Source: Curvularia clavata
Taxonomy: Eukaryota
Assembly: GCA_023920165.1 (NCBI GenBank)
Contig: CP089276.1
Span: 806,001 to 870,000, forward strand
Direction of reading: 5' to 3'
DNA: 64,000 nt
The notes under the pieces are model-generated. The model had not been told where the DNA came from, ran no database searches, and worked only from the letters and a program-made list of their open reading frames with translations. This document shows, in pieces, positions 32,945 through 45,240 of this stretch (position 1 is its first letter; each line of letters opens with the position of its first letter). Made by a program: the position numbers and the translations under genes.

Positions 32945-35044
32945 ATGTCTGCGCCAGCCACAACTGACCCGGTACAACAAAGTGGTAGGTGAGCTGCAGC
33001 TTTCGGAGGTGCTGCTGAACTCCGCATCCCGGTCGCAAGTGGTGGTGGTGAAGCAACGTGGAGTAATAGGCTGACGAGCACGCACAGGAACTTTGTCCAA
33101 ATCACAGAAGAAGAAGAACAAGAAGAAATCAAGCGCCAATGCGAACAAAGCGGACGAGGCAGGAAAAGCAAATGGCGGCCACGGCAAGACGGTAGCAGAC
33201 GGTCGTGACGACGATTCCGAGGATGGGGAGGAAGAGCAGCAGCAGCAACCTGTATGTTAAACCTTTTGCATGGATAGATAGTTCCTAACATATGCAACAC
33301 AGAAGCCCGCCGCGCAGGCTGCAGACCCAGACGCCGACGATGTAGACGACGAACCGCCAGTGTCTCCCACAATACAAACAAACGGTACTCCACACCACAG
33401 CATATCTTCTGCGATTGCTCTAGGACTAGCACGCTCACGCTCGCATCAAGGGCTCTCTCCATCTCCGCCACCTGCCTCAGACACGAGCGCCCGCCTCGAT
33501 GCGATAGCAAAGGAACGCGATGCGCTACGCCAGGAAGTCACTGAGCTCCGGAAGAGTCTCGAGGGGATTCAGAGCAAACAGAGTGCAGGGGCAGCGGACG
33601 GCTCGCAATGCAACCATGAGGAAGAGATTCGAGGTTTGAAAGAGGAATTGGATGAGGCGAATGAGGGCAAGGAGCACTTTGAGACCCAGTACAAGAATCT
33701 GCTGGGGAGAGTGAATACGATTAAAACGAGTTTGGGAGATCGACTAAAGGCTGATGCGGTCGGTGCCCTTCTCGGCTTCTGTGCTGCGGTGATTGTCGGA
33801 ACAGGCTGCTGACAAGTTGTAGGCCCGCATCGAAGAGTTCGAAACGCAAGTCGCCGACCTGGAAGACCAGAACCGAGAACTACAGGACCAGAACAACAAC
33901 CTGACAGAAGAGCTTGCAAAGCTACGGCAAGAAAAGGAGGCGCAGGCATCGGAGATTGAAACATTGCGAAGCCGTGCCACACTATCGCAGCAAAACTGGA
34001 TTAAAGAACGCGATGAACTCATTTCTCGAGAGGCCTATGCAAGAGAAGAATTTGAGAATGCAAAACAGGCCATGCAGGACTGGGAGGTGCTCGCTATGAA
34101 CGAGCGATCGCTACGTGAGAACCTTGCCGAAAAAGACGCAGAACTACGGGAGCAACTCGAGTCACTGAGAGATGAGTATGAGAAAGCTGCTAGAGACAGG
34201 GACACCAATAGCCAGGCTGTGGAAGGCCTGCAGAAGGCGCTGCAGGAGGTGCAGAACTGTAAGTCTTATCAATCTCTTTTGAAGGTGTCTTGTTCTGACG
34301 AGCTGAAGTGCGGAAAACCGAGCTCAAAAAGTCTGTCGAAACATACGAATCGCAAATCAACGAACTTCGCAAACAGGTGCAGGCTGCCGAATCTGCTGCG
34401 GATGCCGCCAAAGCAGCACTCGAGTCAACTAAGAAAGACCTCGAACGAGCGTTGCCATTTGAAAAGGAGGTCAAAGAGAAGAATTTGCTTATTGGCAAGC
34501 TGCGACATGAGGCAGTCACGCTGAATGAACATCTCACCAAAGCGTTGCGTATTCTGAAGAAAGGACGGCCAGAGGATAATGTCGACCGCCAAATCATCAC
34601 CAATTACTTCTTGCATTTTCTGAGCATCGACCGCAGCGATCCAAAGAAGTTCGAGGCGCTGCAGTTGATTTCTGCTCTGTTGGGGTGGACAGATGGTAAG
34701 CCTGTCCTCACATTTACCACGCTGAGGATAATCTAACAGACATTGCAGAGCAGAAGGAGCAAGCAGGTCTCGCCCGCCCAGGCACAGCAACCAGCTCGGG
34801 TAACCTCCGTATTCCACTGTCGCCTTTCCGGCGAACGCCATCGACACCGTCATTGAGCTCGGCAGCAGCAGACCCCATGCTCATGGCCAGCAGCTCGAGC
34901 AACAAGGAGTCGCTGGCCGAACTATGGCAAGACTTCCTTGAGCGAGAAGCTGCAGAGGGTAAGGGGGATGCTTCGAGAAGAGGAAGCACTGTAAGTCAGT
35001 CACCGAGGATAGAGAGTGGACTTGGAATCAGCGAAAGAAAGTAA
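32945..35044 (+). CDS. RUD3: Coiled-coil Golgi matrix protein with GRAB domain (Rud3/GMAP-210 family)
   Basis: Multi-exon (donors near 32985, 33252, 33739, 34259, 34696), long coiled coils, C-terminal DNVDRQIITNYFLHFL..DPKKFEALQLISALLGW and SLAELWQDFLE. Confidence 0.82.
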
Positions 35045-35332
35045 ATGCATTTGGAAGGCGTATACTGATACGACATGATATATTCGTCCGCACATTGGTG
35101 GACAGTGGTATAATAGAGTCTTGGTGCTTAGTCACCTCGGATCGCTCGGTCGATCCTTGTACGTGTCTCGTGTATATCGTATGACTCTAGTCCAAATGCC
35201 ATTGTGTTGTTACATTTTCAATGTACAGGGTTTCTCAGTGCTCACCGAACGCTCTTGCGTTGGGCAGCGGATCAACAGAGGGGCAGTCTGTATACTGTTT
35301 TTCTTGTGCCAGAACCACTTTCGGTAGTGACA

Positions 35333-35935
35333 TCATCTCCTCCAGCCAGTGTGCTTCAAGACCTGTTCTTCCTTCTCCTTTCGTGGGTCAGGCTCCATGG
35401 TGCGCTTCCTGCGGGCCTCGTCACGCCTCTCGCGTGCGAATTGCTTGGCCTGCTTGTCGGTGGGTCGACGGATAGCCCAGTTGATCTGGCCGAAGATGTT
35501 GGTTTTGATTGCTAGCACCGACTATCAGCTCTCTGCCTAAACCAATGCCACAACTACATCATTGGAGAGTCACTCACCGTCTACGCAATATGGACAGAGA
35601 ATGTGCAGCCGCTTGACCCTCCCGCATGACGAGCATCTGTTCAGCGATGTGATGTCCTTGAGTCCTTTTCCCGCCATGAACCGTTGTCGCTTCTTGCGGT
35701 ATGATGTCTTCTTCTTGGGAACTGCATTGAGAATCCCGTCCCAGATGTCTGCTAATGACGGTATTTTTGGCAGGGATAGTGAGGGTATTGCGAGTGCGCC
35801 GAAAGGTGTGTTGAGCGCACCAAAGGGCTGGGCGAGGCGTTGCAGAAAAGGCGCGTTCAGGACGGGCCGGGCGGAGCCATTGAGGCTGGGCAGCAGTGTC
35901 TGCCACAGCGGGGGGAGCGGGCGAGCGAGGGCCAT
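35333..35935 (-). CDS. MRPL32: Mitochondrial ribosomal protein bL32m
   Basis: Long presequence then AVPKKKTSYRKKRQR and CSSCG..KRLHILCPYC; intron 35577-35512. Confidence 0.92.
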
Positions 35936-36272
35936 TCTCAGTGTGGTGCCCGCAGAGTTGGCGATGGCGGAGATGGTGTTGCAAATTGTCGGCGCCCGTC
36001 TGTCCATGTCCGAGCGTGCAGGTTGCGCCTTACCGCCCTGCCACTAGCGCGCTTTCGCTTCCTAGGCACGCTAGGGCGACCCCTTTCCCGCGCCTGGCGT
36101 CTCCACGAGAAAGTCGCCAGCGCAGCGAGCCTGACTATTTACTCCCCAGCCAAAGACACCACCTTCTCCGTCTTGCTCTCTCCGCCTGCTCCCAGCATCC
36201 GCCTCCCAACACCCCCACTCTCCCCATCTCTTCTTAGCCGCATACCCGCCTTCGAGGCCGATACCGCCCACA

Positions 36273-37466
36273 ATGGCTGCCGCGTACCAGAACCAGTCGC
36301 AGCCCATCTTCCCCGACAGCTATGTCGGTTTCGACAGCATCACCAAGCAGATTGAACGCAAGTCAATCAAGCGGGGCTTCCAGTTCAATGTCATCTGCGT
36401 TGGTAAGCACGGCAATGCATTGGCACCCTTGTAGACACGCAGCTAACGGGCGACTCCAGGTCAGACGGGTCTGGGCAAGTCGACGCTCATTAACACGCTC
36501 TTCGCCTCGCACCTCATGGACAGCAAGGGTCGCTTCCAGCCCGACGAGGAGGTCCGCAGCACTACCACCATCCACCCCGTCTCACACATCATCGAGGAGA
36601 ACGGCGTGCGTCTGCGTCTGAACATTGTCGACACCCCCGGCTACGGTGACCTGATCAACAACGAGCGTTGCTGGGATCCTATTGTCAAGTACATCAAGGA
36701 CCAGCACAGTGCCTATCTCCGCAAGGAGCTCACCGCCCAGCGTGAGAGGTACCTCCAGGACACGCGTATCCATTGCTGCTTGTTCTTCATCCAGCCATCT
36801 GGCCACGCCCTCAAGCCCATTGACATTGTCGTGCTCAAGAAGCTCAGCGAGTTTGTCAATGTCGTTCCTGTCATTGCCAAGAGTGACAGCTTGACCCTCG
36901 AGGAGCGTGCCGAGTTCAAGCACCGAATAAAGGAGGAGTTCCAGTTCCACAACCTCCGCATGTACCCCTATGACAACGAGGAGGACGATAGCGAGGAAGT
37001 CCAGGCAAAGCAGGCCATCAAGGTATGCTAGGAAATGGAGAAGCGGCTGATTAGAGGGGAGCTAGTGGCTAACATGGAATAGGAACTCCTGCCCTTTGCC
37101 GTTGTAGGCTCTGAGAGGACTGTTGTCGTCAACGGCAAGAACGTCCGCGGTCGCCAGAACAAGTGGGGCATCATCAATGGTAAGCAGCACCGGACCAGTG
37201 TTCTTACGGGAATGAACTAACACCTCGCAGTCGAGGACGAGAGCCACTGCGAATTCGTATACCTCCGTAACTTCCTCACCCGCACCCATCTGCAAGACCT
37301 GATCGAGACCACCGCACAAATCCACTACGAATCCTTCCGTGCCAAGCAGCTGCTCGCGCTCAAGGAGAGCAGCGCTCACCAGGGCCACTCCTCGCGCCCT
37401 ATCTCACCGGCTGCCGAGCGCGAGCTTAGCAGGAACAGCCAGCGCATGACTATGAACGGGTACTAG
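36273..37466 (+). CDS. CDC10: Septin Cdc10/AspD
   Basis: SYVGFDSITKQIERK, GQTGLGKST, DTPGYGD, AKSD. Introns 36403-36459, 37023-37082, 37180-37230. No C-terminal coiled coil. Confidence 0.95.
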
Positions 37467-38121
37467 GACTACCCCCAGCACGGTCGCGTCGATAGTTACG
37501 GGGGCAAGCTGAACAGCCCTCCAGCACCACGTATGGATCTTCGCATGGAGAGGTCCATTCCTATGATGGAAGCTCTCTGAGTGTTGTATGGCTGGAAGAG
37601 AGCAGTGCGTGAGGGCGGTTTGGGACGTTTTGATACCAGTGCATCACCTAGCACGAAAAGGGGGAGAGCGAGAGACTTGCGGCACACTTCAGATTTGACA
37701 CTTTCTCAATATCCTTTTAGTTACGATGGACCTTTTTTAACTTCTTTCTGATCTCGTATGTCATAGCACGGTGTATTGGTTGGGCTAAGACCTGGGTAGT
37801 CGCCCAGACTGCTTCTAGGATAGCGAAGTAATTTCGAAGCCAACTGGTCTTCATCCTTGATCTTGAGCATATGCAACAGCGTCCGTGACAGTGGTTCTGT
37901 TTGCATGACCCCTGTCGTCCTTTCCTTGACCGGCTTCGGCTCAGGTCAGTGTTAACCGGTAATGCACGACCTGCCGAAGTGCGCCATGCTACGGCTTCGG
38001 AGGTATGTACGGCCCCGCTGTTTGCTTCTTCCTAGGCCGGCACGTCCATGTGGTGGTTCCGATGCAGAGTCCTCTCTTGAACGTATTGGGGAGCACGAAG
38101 AATGGCTCTTCAGAGAAACCT

Positions 38122-38730
38122 TCATCCCAAAAGCTTCGATCCCGCAAAGTCCTCCATACTATCATCTCCCTTCTTCCCATTCCCCTTCCTTGCCTGTCCC
38201 GTGATACGCACAGGGCCTCTCGCAGGCGAACCCTCAGGCGACTTTGACGACGCTGCAGCTATATCCGCTTCACCTACAATGCGCTCAATGACTTTGGCCT
38301 TTGCTCCCGCGCGCTTGAACCGGTCGTCAAAGTCTGCCACTGCTTCCTCGGTGTTTGCCGTGTCGAATGTTTCTGGATCCGTTAGGGAGTGCAGTAACGT
38401 AGTGTTGTTTTTGAGTCTTTCATTCTTTGGAAATGGTGGAAGTCTTTTCTCCTGGGTAGCCTCTGGTGAGGTTTCATCCTGAGTAGAGTTGGGAGAGGTG
38501 AGTCCAGGCAGCCGCGAACCCCATACTACGCTTCGTCCGTGCAATTCGCCCAGAGCAGCGAATTTCTCGAAGCCCTTTTCAAGTCCGAAGATGCGGCCTT
38601 CGATCCGGCCAGCGTGTGCGCCGTCAGCGACGCCGAGGTCGTAGGCGGCGGTGTAGAGCGTGTCTTCTAAGGTAAGGAGGGTGTCGAAGGGATCGGATGA
38701 ATTGTCTTGAGATGTTGACGGCTGGGCCAT
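38122..38730 (-). CDS. LTO1: Lto1/ORAOV1-like deca-GX3 protein (Yae1_N/DUF1715)
   Basis: DPFDTLLTLED..YDLGVADGAHAGRIEGRIFGLEKGFEKF..GELHG, the GX3 repeat pattern of Lto1. Confidence 0.75.
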   Translation of the reverse strand: MAQPSTSQDNSSDPFDTLLTLEDTLYTAAYDLGVADGAHAGRIEGRIFGLEKGFEKFAALGELHGRSVVWGSRLPGLTSPNSTQDETSPEATQEKRLPPFPKNERLKNNTTLLHSLTDPETFDTANTEEAVADFDDRFKRAGAKAKVIERIVGEADIAAASSKSPEGSPARGPVRITGQARKGNGKKGDDSMEDFAGSKLLG

Positions 38731-39133
38731 GATCTGGTTTAGAGAGTGAAGAGATTGCGTTCCAAGAATAAAAAAGTTTCTTGTTTCCGGGTCTCAAGGG
38801 TTTCGTTCGATCGTGTATTTGTCATGTAAAAGGCCGCTCTATTATATAATTTTGGTTGCGCCTGAGAAAAGAGACTGTCTAGATCGCCCTCTGGAGTGTC
38901 TTCAAGTGGTTGTCTTGCTAATATTCAATCTAGAAAATTTCATTTGTGCTCATGGGCGGCTCTGTACAGCTTATAATTCTGGAATAGGTCAGGTGAACTT
39001 TGATTTCGTTGCATAGACCTTTGGCTAGCACGGATCGGAGTCAGGGTTCGGACATTTCTGTGGCGTTCGCGTGGCGGGGTCGTTTTGGCGGGGCAGCTAC
39101 ACCACACACATCGGACCTGCGAGTGTTCGCGCT

Positions 39134-39140
39134 TGACTCA
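39134..39140. promoter_or_regulatory. Gcn4/CpcA response element TGACTCA upstream of methionyl-tRNA synthetase
   Basis: Exact TGACTCA about 175 bp upstream of the ATG plus GAGTCA at 39038-39043; aminoacyl-tRNA synthetase genes are known cross-pathway-control targets. Confidence 0.5.
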
Positions 39141-39313
39141 GAGACGCCAATCAAACAAAACAAGAACGCATAGATCCTAATTCAACGCGCGCTCGTAACA
39201 ATCATTCATTTTCACAGTCGTTAGATCCAAAAAGACCAAGTTGTATGTAAGAATGGACAAGACCCTATCTATAGAATGCGTTCAGATTAACAGCCTCTCA
39301 GCACACGACTCCC

Positions 39314-41449
39314 ATGACTGAGGCACCAAAGAAGATTCTGCCCGTCGAGGGCGAGCGCAATGTACTCATTACTAGCGCACTTCCCTACGTAAATAACGTC
39401 CCACACTTGGGTAACATTGTCGGATCCGTACTTTCCGCCGACGTCTTCGCCCGCTTCTCGCGCGCCCGTGGATACAACACCCTATACATTTGCGGTACAG
39501 ACGAGTACGGAACCGCGACAGAAACTAAGGCGATTGAAGAGAAGGTTAGCCCAAAAGAGCTTTGCGACAAGTACTACGCGCTACATAGCGAAGTCTATAA
39601 GTGGTTCAACATTTCGTTCGATCACTTCGGACGTACACCTACGCAGCAGCAGACGGATATCGCCCAAGACATCTTCACAAAGCTGTACAAGAACGGATAT
39701 CTTGAGGAGCAGACCACAACACAACCCTACTGTGAAACGCATAAGAGTTTCCTTGCCGATCGATTCGTCGAAGGAACATGTCCGTTGTGCGCCTATGAGG
39801 ATGCGCGAGGTGACCAATGCGATAAGTGTGGACATCTCCTAGACCCTCTGGAGTTGAAGAACCCCCGGTGCAAGCTTGACGGCGCAACACCGGTCCCGCG
39901 CGATACCAAGCACGTGTACCTCTGCCTAGACAAACTGCAGCCACTAGAGGAGGAGTGGTTCAAGAAGTCAAGCAAGGAGGGTAACTGGAGCTCCAATGGT
40001 GTTCAGATTACCTCCTCCTGGCTCAAGGAGGGTCTGCGACCGCGTGGCATTACACGAGACTTGAAGTGGGGTACTGCAGTACCCCTCGAGGTATGACGGA
40101 TTATGGAAACCTTGTCCGGGGCTCAACTGACCAATCTAGGGTTACGAGGACAAAGTCATGTACGTCTGGTTCGATGCCTGCATAGGCTATGTTTCCATCA
40201 CAGCAACCTACACCGAGGATTGGAAGAAGTGGTGGCATAACCCCGAGCACGTCAAGCTCTACCAATTCATGGGCAAGGACAACGTTCCATTCCACACTGT
40301 CGTGTTCCCCTGCTCGCAGATCGGCACCAAGGACAAGTGGACCATGCTCAACACCATCTCGACGACTGAGTATCTGAACTACGAGAAGGGCAAGTTCTCC
40401 AAGTCAAGAAACATTGGTGTATTTGGCAACAATGCCAAGGAGACGGGAATTCCAGCTGATGTGTGGCGTTACTACCTCCTCTCCCATCGCCCCGAGACTG
40501 GAGATACCGAGTTTGAATGGGACGGCTTCATTTCCGCCAACAATAACGAGCTCCTCAAGAACCTCGGCAACTTTATCAACCGTGTTATCAAATTCGTCAA
40601 CAACGCAAAGATTTACGACTCGGTTGTGCCAGATTACACCAAGTTCGACGACCCCTACTTCACCGAGCACAAGAAGAAGGTCAATGAATTGCTGAAGACG
40701 TACATTGCAGAGCTTGAGGACGTCAAGATCCGTGCTGCTCTTGCTACTGCGTTACACGTCTCGAGCTTAGGTAACCTACTTCTACAAGACAATCGCTTGG
40801 ATAACAAGCTGGCCACAGAGCAGCCAGATCGATGCGCTGCTGTTGTCGGACTTGCGCTCAGTCAGATTCATCTTCTCGCCAGTCTGATCCATCCATACAT
40901 GTAAGTTCACTCCGTCTTTCACGCCATTTCTAAGGGTTGGTTGTCTGCGCCTATGCGTCTACCCGTGTATTTATACTGGTGTCAGTCATTCAATGTGACG
41001 CGAGGCCCTCTGTACAAGGCGACACGATGCTGGGAGATTGATGCTATTGCACACATGGCTAACTGTGCGACAGGCCTGACACTGCTGCCTCCATCCTCTC
41101 CCAACTCAATGCCGGCTTCCTTATCATTCCAGACGTCTGGGAAGCGCGTTCTCTGCCTGTTGGCCACAAGATTGGCACCGCCGGCTATCTCTTCAGCCAG
41201 ATCAAGCCCGAGAAGGAGCAGGAGTGGCGAGAGCAATTTGGAGGTGAAGAGGCTCGTAAGGCAAAGGAGGAGAAGGCTAAGAAGGCCGCAGCTAAGAAGG
41301 CTGAGAAGGAGCGTAAGAAAGCGAAGAAAGCCGCCGGTGGTGACAAGACGGTTGAGGCTGCTGAGAAGGGGCAAGACGGACCTGCAGCGAAGACTGCAGA
41401 GGAGGAGGTATCAAGGGGTGTGGAACAAGTCAGTCTACAGACGTCCTAG
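39314..41449 (+). CDS. MES1: Cytosolic methionyl-tRNA synthetase
   Basis: [16 protein letters not shown] (HIGH), CGTDEYG, Zn knuckle, YVWFDA, GKDN, KFSKS (KMSKS). Introns 40091-40139 and 40901-41073; Lys-rich C-terminal tail. Confidence 0.96.
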
Positions 41450-42433
41450 TGTAATTGTCTGATGCAGAGGTCGAGGGGTCTTGGCGTTGGTTACAGCACT
41501 GGTGTTCTTGGGTTATGGCGGCGAGCATTCGCATTCAACATTGTGAGGGGATTGGTAGCACTATCGTGACGCGACTCTAGATGGGCTGCTATGTGATGGA
41601 CGATGGTATAGGTTCCATAAATCTGGACAATTGCTCCTTTATGACATGTAGCCACACGTAAAGCGGTATCCTGCGTTAGTAGACCGAGTTCAGGGCTCGA
41701 GTTCGAGAAACGATGATGTGCATATTCCCCGTGAAAGGAACTTTGCAGCCGATCGTCTTCTGCATCGTCACCTTGGTGTTTCCTCACGTGCGAATTGCAA
41801 TCCTGCCCCCGAAACTCCCTCTCACTTGGCTTTTCTGACGGCAATGTGCATGCGATGTCTCGTGACTGGCTCCGGGCGACTCTCTCACTGCGACGAACGG
41901 TCCCAGGCCTCAATTCGTTTGCAGATGGTCTGTTCGAGCCAATTCTCTGGCATCATTCTCCGCCGATAATTTTTTTTTTAGAGCGTGCAGCTGCGCTAGG
42001 TAAAGGTCATCCGCTGCAGTGTTGCCCGCTCTTGCCTGTCAGGGACCTGTCACTGAGGCAGTGACCCCCAAGAGCCGCTCCTTCCCCATATCTCATCTGC
42101 GTTTGTTTACTCCAGAAGTGATCGTGACCCCGCTTCGTCTGCTTCTGCCTTCACCTCAAGGGCTCTGCGCCGCGTTCCCACCGCTTTCACCGCGAGTCCG
42201 TTTATCTCTCTGGCCTACTTTAATAGTCTCTCACCTGGCAACCTTCCTTTCTCTCACTCTCTACCAACGACTCTAAGAGCTGCGACGATTTTCAATCGAA
42301 GATTCTACCCAAAGGCAAATATCACTCCCCCTTTACTCCACCATTTGCTGCACCTTTTGTTTTCGCATATGCTTTACTCTTCATTGCCGCAATCACCTAA
42401 CTCAACTAGCGACAACTTTACTAGAAAAGCGCC

Positions 42434-44530
42434 ATGACCAGTGGATATGCACCACAGATTGAGAAGCTGGGTGGTAGCCTGGGTCGAGGCGAGCAGCGCG
42501 AGTACATAGTCAATGGCCGGGACGTCAGGGTCAGCAGCTCGTCCAAGCCAAGCATGATGGGCCAGTACGGCAGCCAAATGACCATGGAAGCGACTCTCAA
42601 CTCCAGCCGTATCGATGCTGAGCAACCCAAGGGCCCTGCTGAGATGGAGGCAGTCACCGTCGTCTGGACCAAGAACTGGCTGATCCTTGCGTATTCGGCG
42701 TAAGTACATCCTGTCTCCATTGCTGACAGCCATTAACGCATGAATGCCTTAGCATCATGATCATCTCTTTCATCAACTCTCTCCAACAGCAGGCCAACTT
42801 CACGTGGAAGCCTTATGTCACGTCGACCTTTTCCAAGCACGGCTTGACTGCCATGACAGATCTTGTTGCCAACATTGTCGGAGGCGTTTCCAAACTTCCA
42901 CTTGCCAAGTTCATTGATGTCATCGGTCGCCCTCAGGGATTCATGCTTTGTTTGGTTTGCATCGTTGTCTGTACGTCTTTCTGGCCTCCCTTCCTTCCTG
43001 GCTTAGCACATTGTGTGATGATTAATAACTCTTCCAGCTTTGATCCTCATGGCCACGTGCGAAAGTGTCCAGACTTTCTGTGCTGCACAAGTCCTCTATT
43101 GGACTGGTATGAACGGTGTCGACTACGTTTTCAACATCTTCATCGCCGATACTTCGCTCATGAAGAACCGTCTTATCTGGATGTCGTTCACTGGCCTTCC
43201 ATATGTCATCAACACCTTTGTGAGTATCCTGTTGTTACATTGCGGAGACACTTGCTGACATCGTTTCTTCACCTTTAGGCCGGTCCTAAGCTTGGTGAAA
43301 CCTTTCTCAAGCACGGTGGCTGGCGCTGGGGATATGGGGCGTTCATTATCTTGACGCCAATCTTCTCCCTAACTTTCTGGGGCGTTTTCTGGATCATGGG
43401 TCGACGAGCGAAGAAGTTGGGTGTTCTCAAGCCCGAGAAGAGTGGCAGATCCTGGATTGAGAGCATCAGGCACTGGTGCATCGAGTTTGATGGTAAGTGG
43501 TCCCACTCAACTGCGTGTTGACATTGCTAATGATTCCCAAGTTATCGGCCTCTTCCTCGTTTGCGTTGGCTTCTCGCTCCTCTTACTCCCATTTCCGCTC
43601 GCCGCATACCAGAAGTATGACTTCGCCTCGCCCATGTTTATTTCCATGATCGTTATTGGAACACTTCTCCTCGCCTTCTTCACAGTGTGGGAACGCTGCT
43701 ACGCTCGCAAGGCATTCTTTCCATTCTACCTCATGAAAGACCGTTCCGTTATTGCCGCCTGCCTTCTTGGTGCAAACTCTTGGATTGCTTTCTAGTAAGT
43801 TTTCACTGACTCTGCTGATCCTGGAATAGAGTTTGCTGACTCTTTGACCAGCTCCTACCGGATGATGTATTCTTCATACCTGCAGGTTGTCTTTCGACTT
43901 TCGGTTTCCAAGGCAGGCTACATCACTAACATCTTCAACATTGTCTCCTGCACATGGGCTATCGTCATCAGTTTCGCCATAAAGTACACTGATACGTACA
44001 AGTGGGGAGCCCTTGTCGCGGTTCCCATTCAGCTACTCATGACCGGCATGTTGATCTATCTTCGTACGCCAGGCAGCAGTATTGCAGCCCTTGTCGTGAT
44101 CGAGGTCCTCGGTGCCATGGCAAGCGCCATGATTTACAACGTCGAGCAAGTCGCCATCATGGTTGCCGTACCGCATCAGGAAGTCGCCGTCAGTATCGCT
44201 CTCCTCAACGTCATCACTGCACTCGGTGGTGCTATCGGTCAGGCCATCAGCGCTACCATCTGGGCACAAGTTGTGCCTCACAGGATTGCCAAGTACCTTC
44301 CTAAGGCTTCTCCAGCTGAGGTTGCTCGACTCTATGGCGACATCACGGCCCAATTGGGAGCCGAATGGGGTAGCCCGGAGCGCGAGGCTATCGTCCATGC
44401 CTTCGGCGACGCTCAAAAAGTCATGGTCACCCTGGGAACTTGTGCGCTTGTTCCATGCCTAGTATGGGCTGGTATGCTCAAGAATGCACGTATGAGTGAC
44501 CACAAGGCTAGGAAGGGTCTTCAAGCATAG
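42434..44530 (+). CDS. MFS transporter of the siderophore-iron (ARN/SIT/MirB) family
   Basis: GPAEMEAVTVVWTK, PYVTSTFSKH, KLPLAKFIDVIGR, IADTSLMKNR, WRWGYG, GSPEREAI. Five introns (donors near 42700, 42971, 43220, 43493, 43796). Confidence 0.88.
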
Positions 44531-45240
44531 AGCCCTGCTGCAAGATACACACGACGCGTGTATATGGTGTAGATATGAAGATGTAAATAATCTTCGGATA
44601 GAAGGAAGAAGGAAAAAAGGTCTAATGGTGGAACATTATACTCGTCGTGCTTCATGACGATTTAGCTAATGTCTGATATGATCTTCAGTTTGGGTTCCAA
44701 TATAAAGAGTATATGGATAACCGACGCGAATCGCTTATGAACTGAGTGGCAATGTAACTGACATACCCAGAGGAGTACGAATACGCGTCTGACCTACGCT
44801 ACGACCAAGGCGTAATCAATGTAGCCAGCCGTGATGCAGACTCAGGTTGACTCAGGGTCCTAGGAGTTGTTTCGGAACCAACGGAACGGCGGAACATGCA
44901 GACACCCAACGGCGATGACGTCCAGCAGCATTGTCTCCTGCACGCAACCCGGTTCCGCGCGCCATCATGATCTACAGTACCCGAAGTTCGCGGTGCACTA
45001 TGCTGAGTGTACTCTAGTCGCCCAGTAGCATGTATGTGGCCCTAGACATCATTGGCGGTGAGATGCCAACGCATGCCAGCCTCGCCAATTCCCTGGTTCG
45101 ACGCTTCTAGCCGTCCCACCAGCCACCCTCAACCGCACCTCGTATGCGTACCATGCTTTTCGCACGAGCTCGCCATGCTTCATTTTGTTAAACCCTAGGG
45201 GACCATACCAAAGAACATACCATATTCTGCGACTGCCACA

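Noticed and set aside
3337..41449. MET6 and MetRS in one window as a methionine cluster
   Set aside because: About 34 kb apart with many unrelated genes between them.
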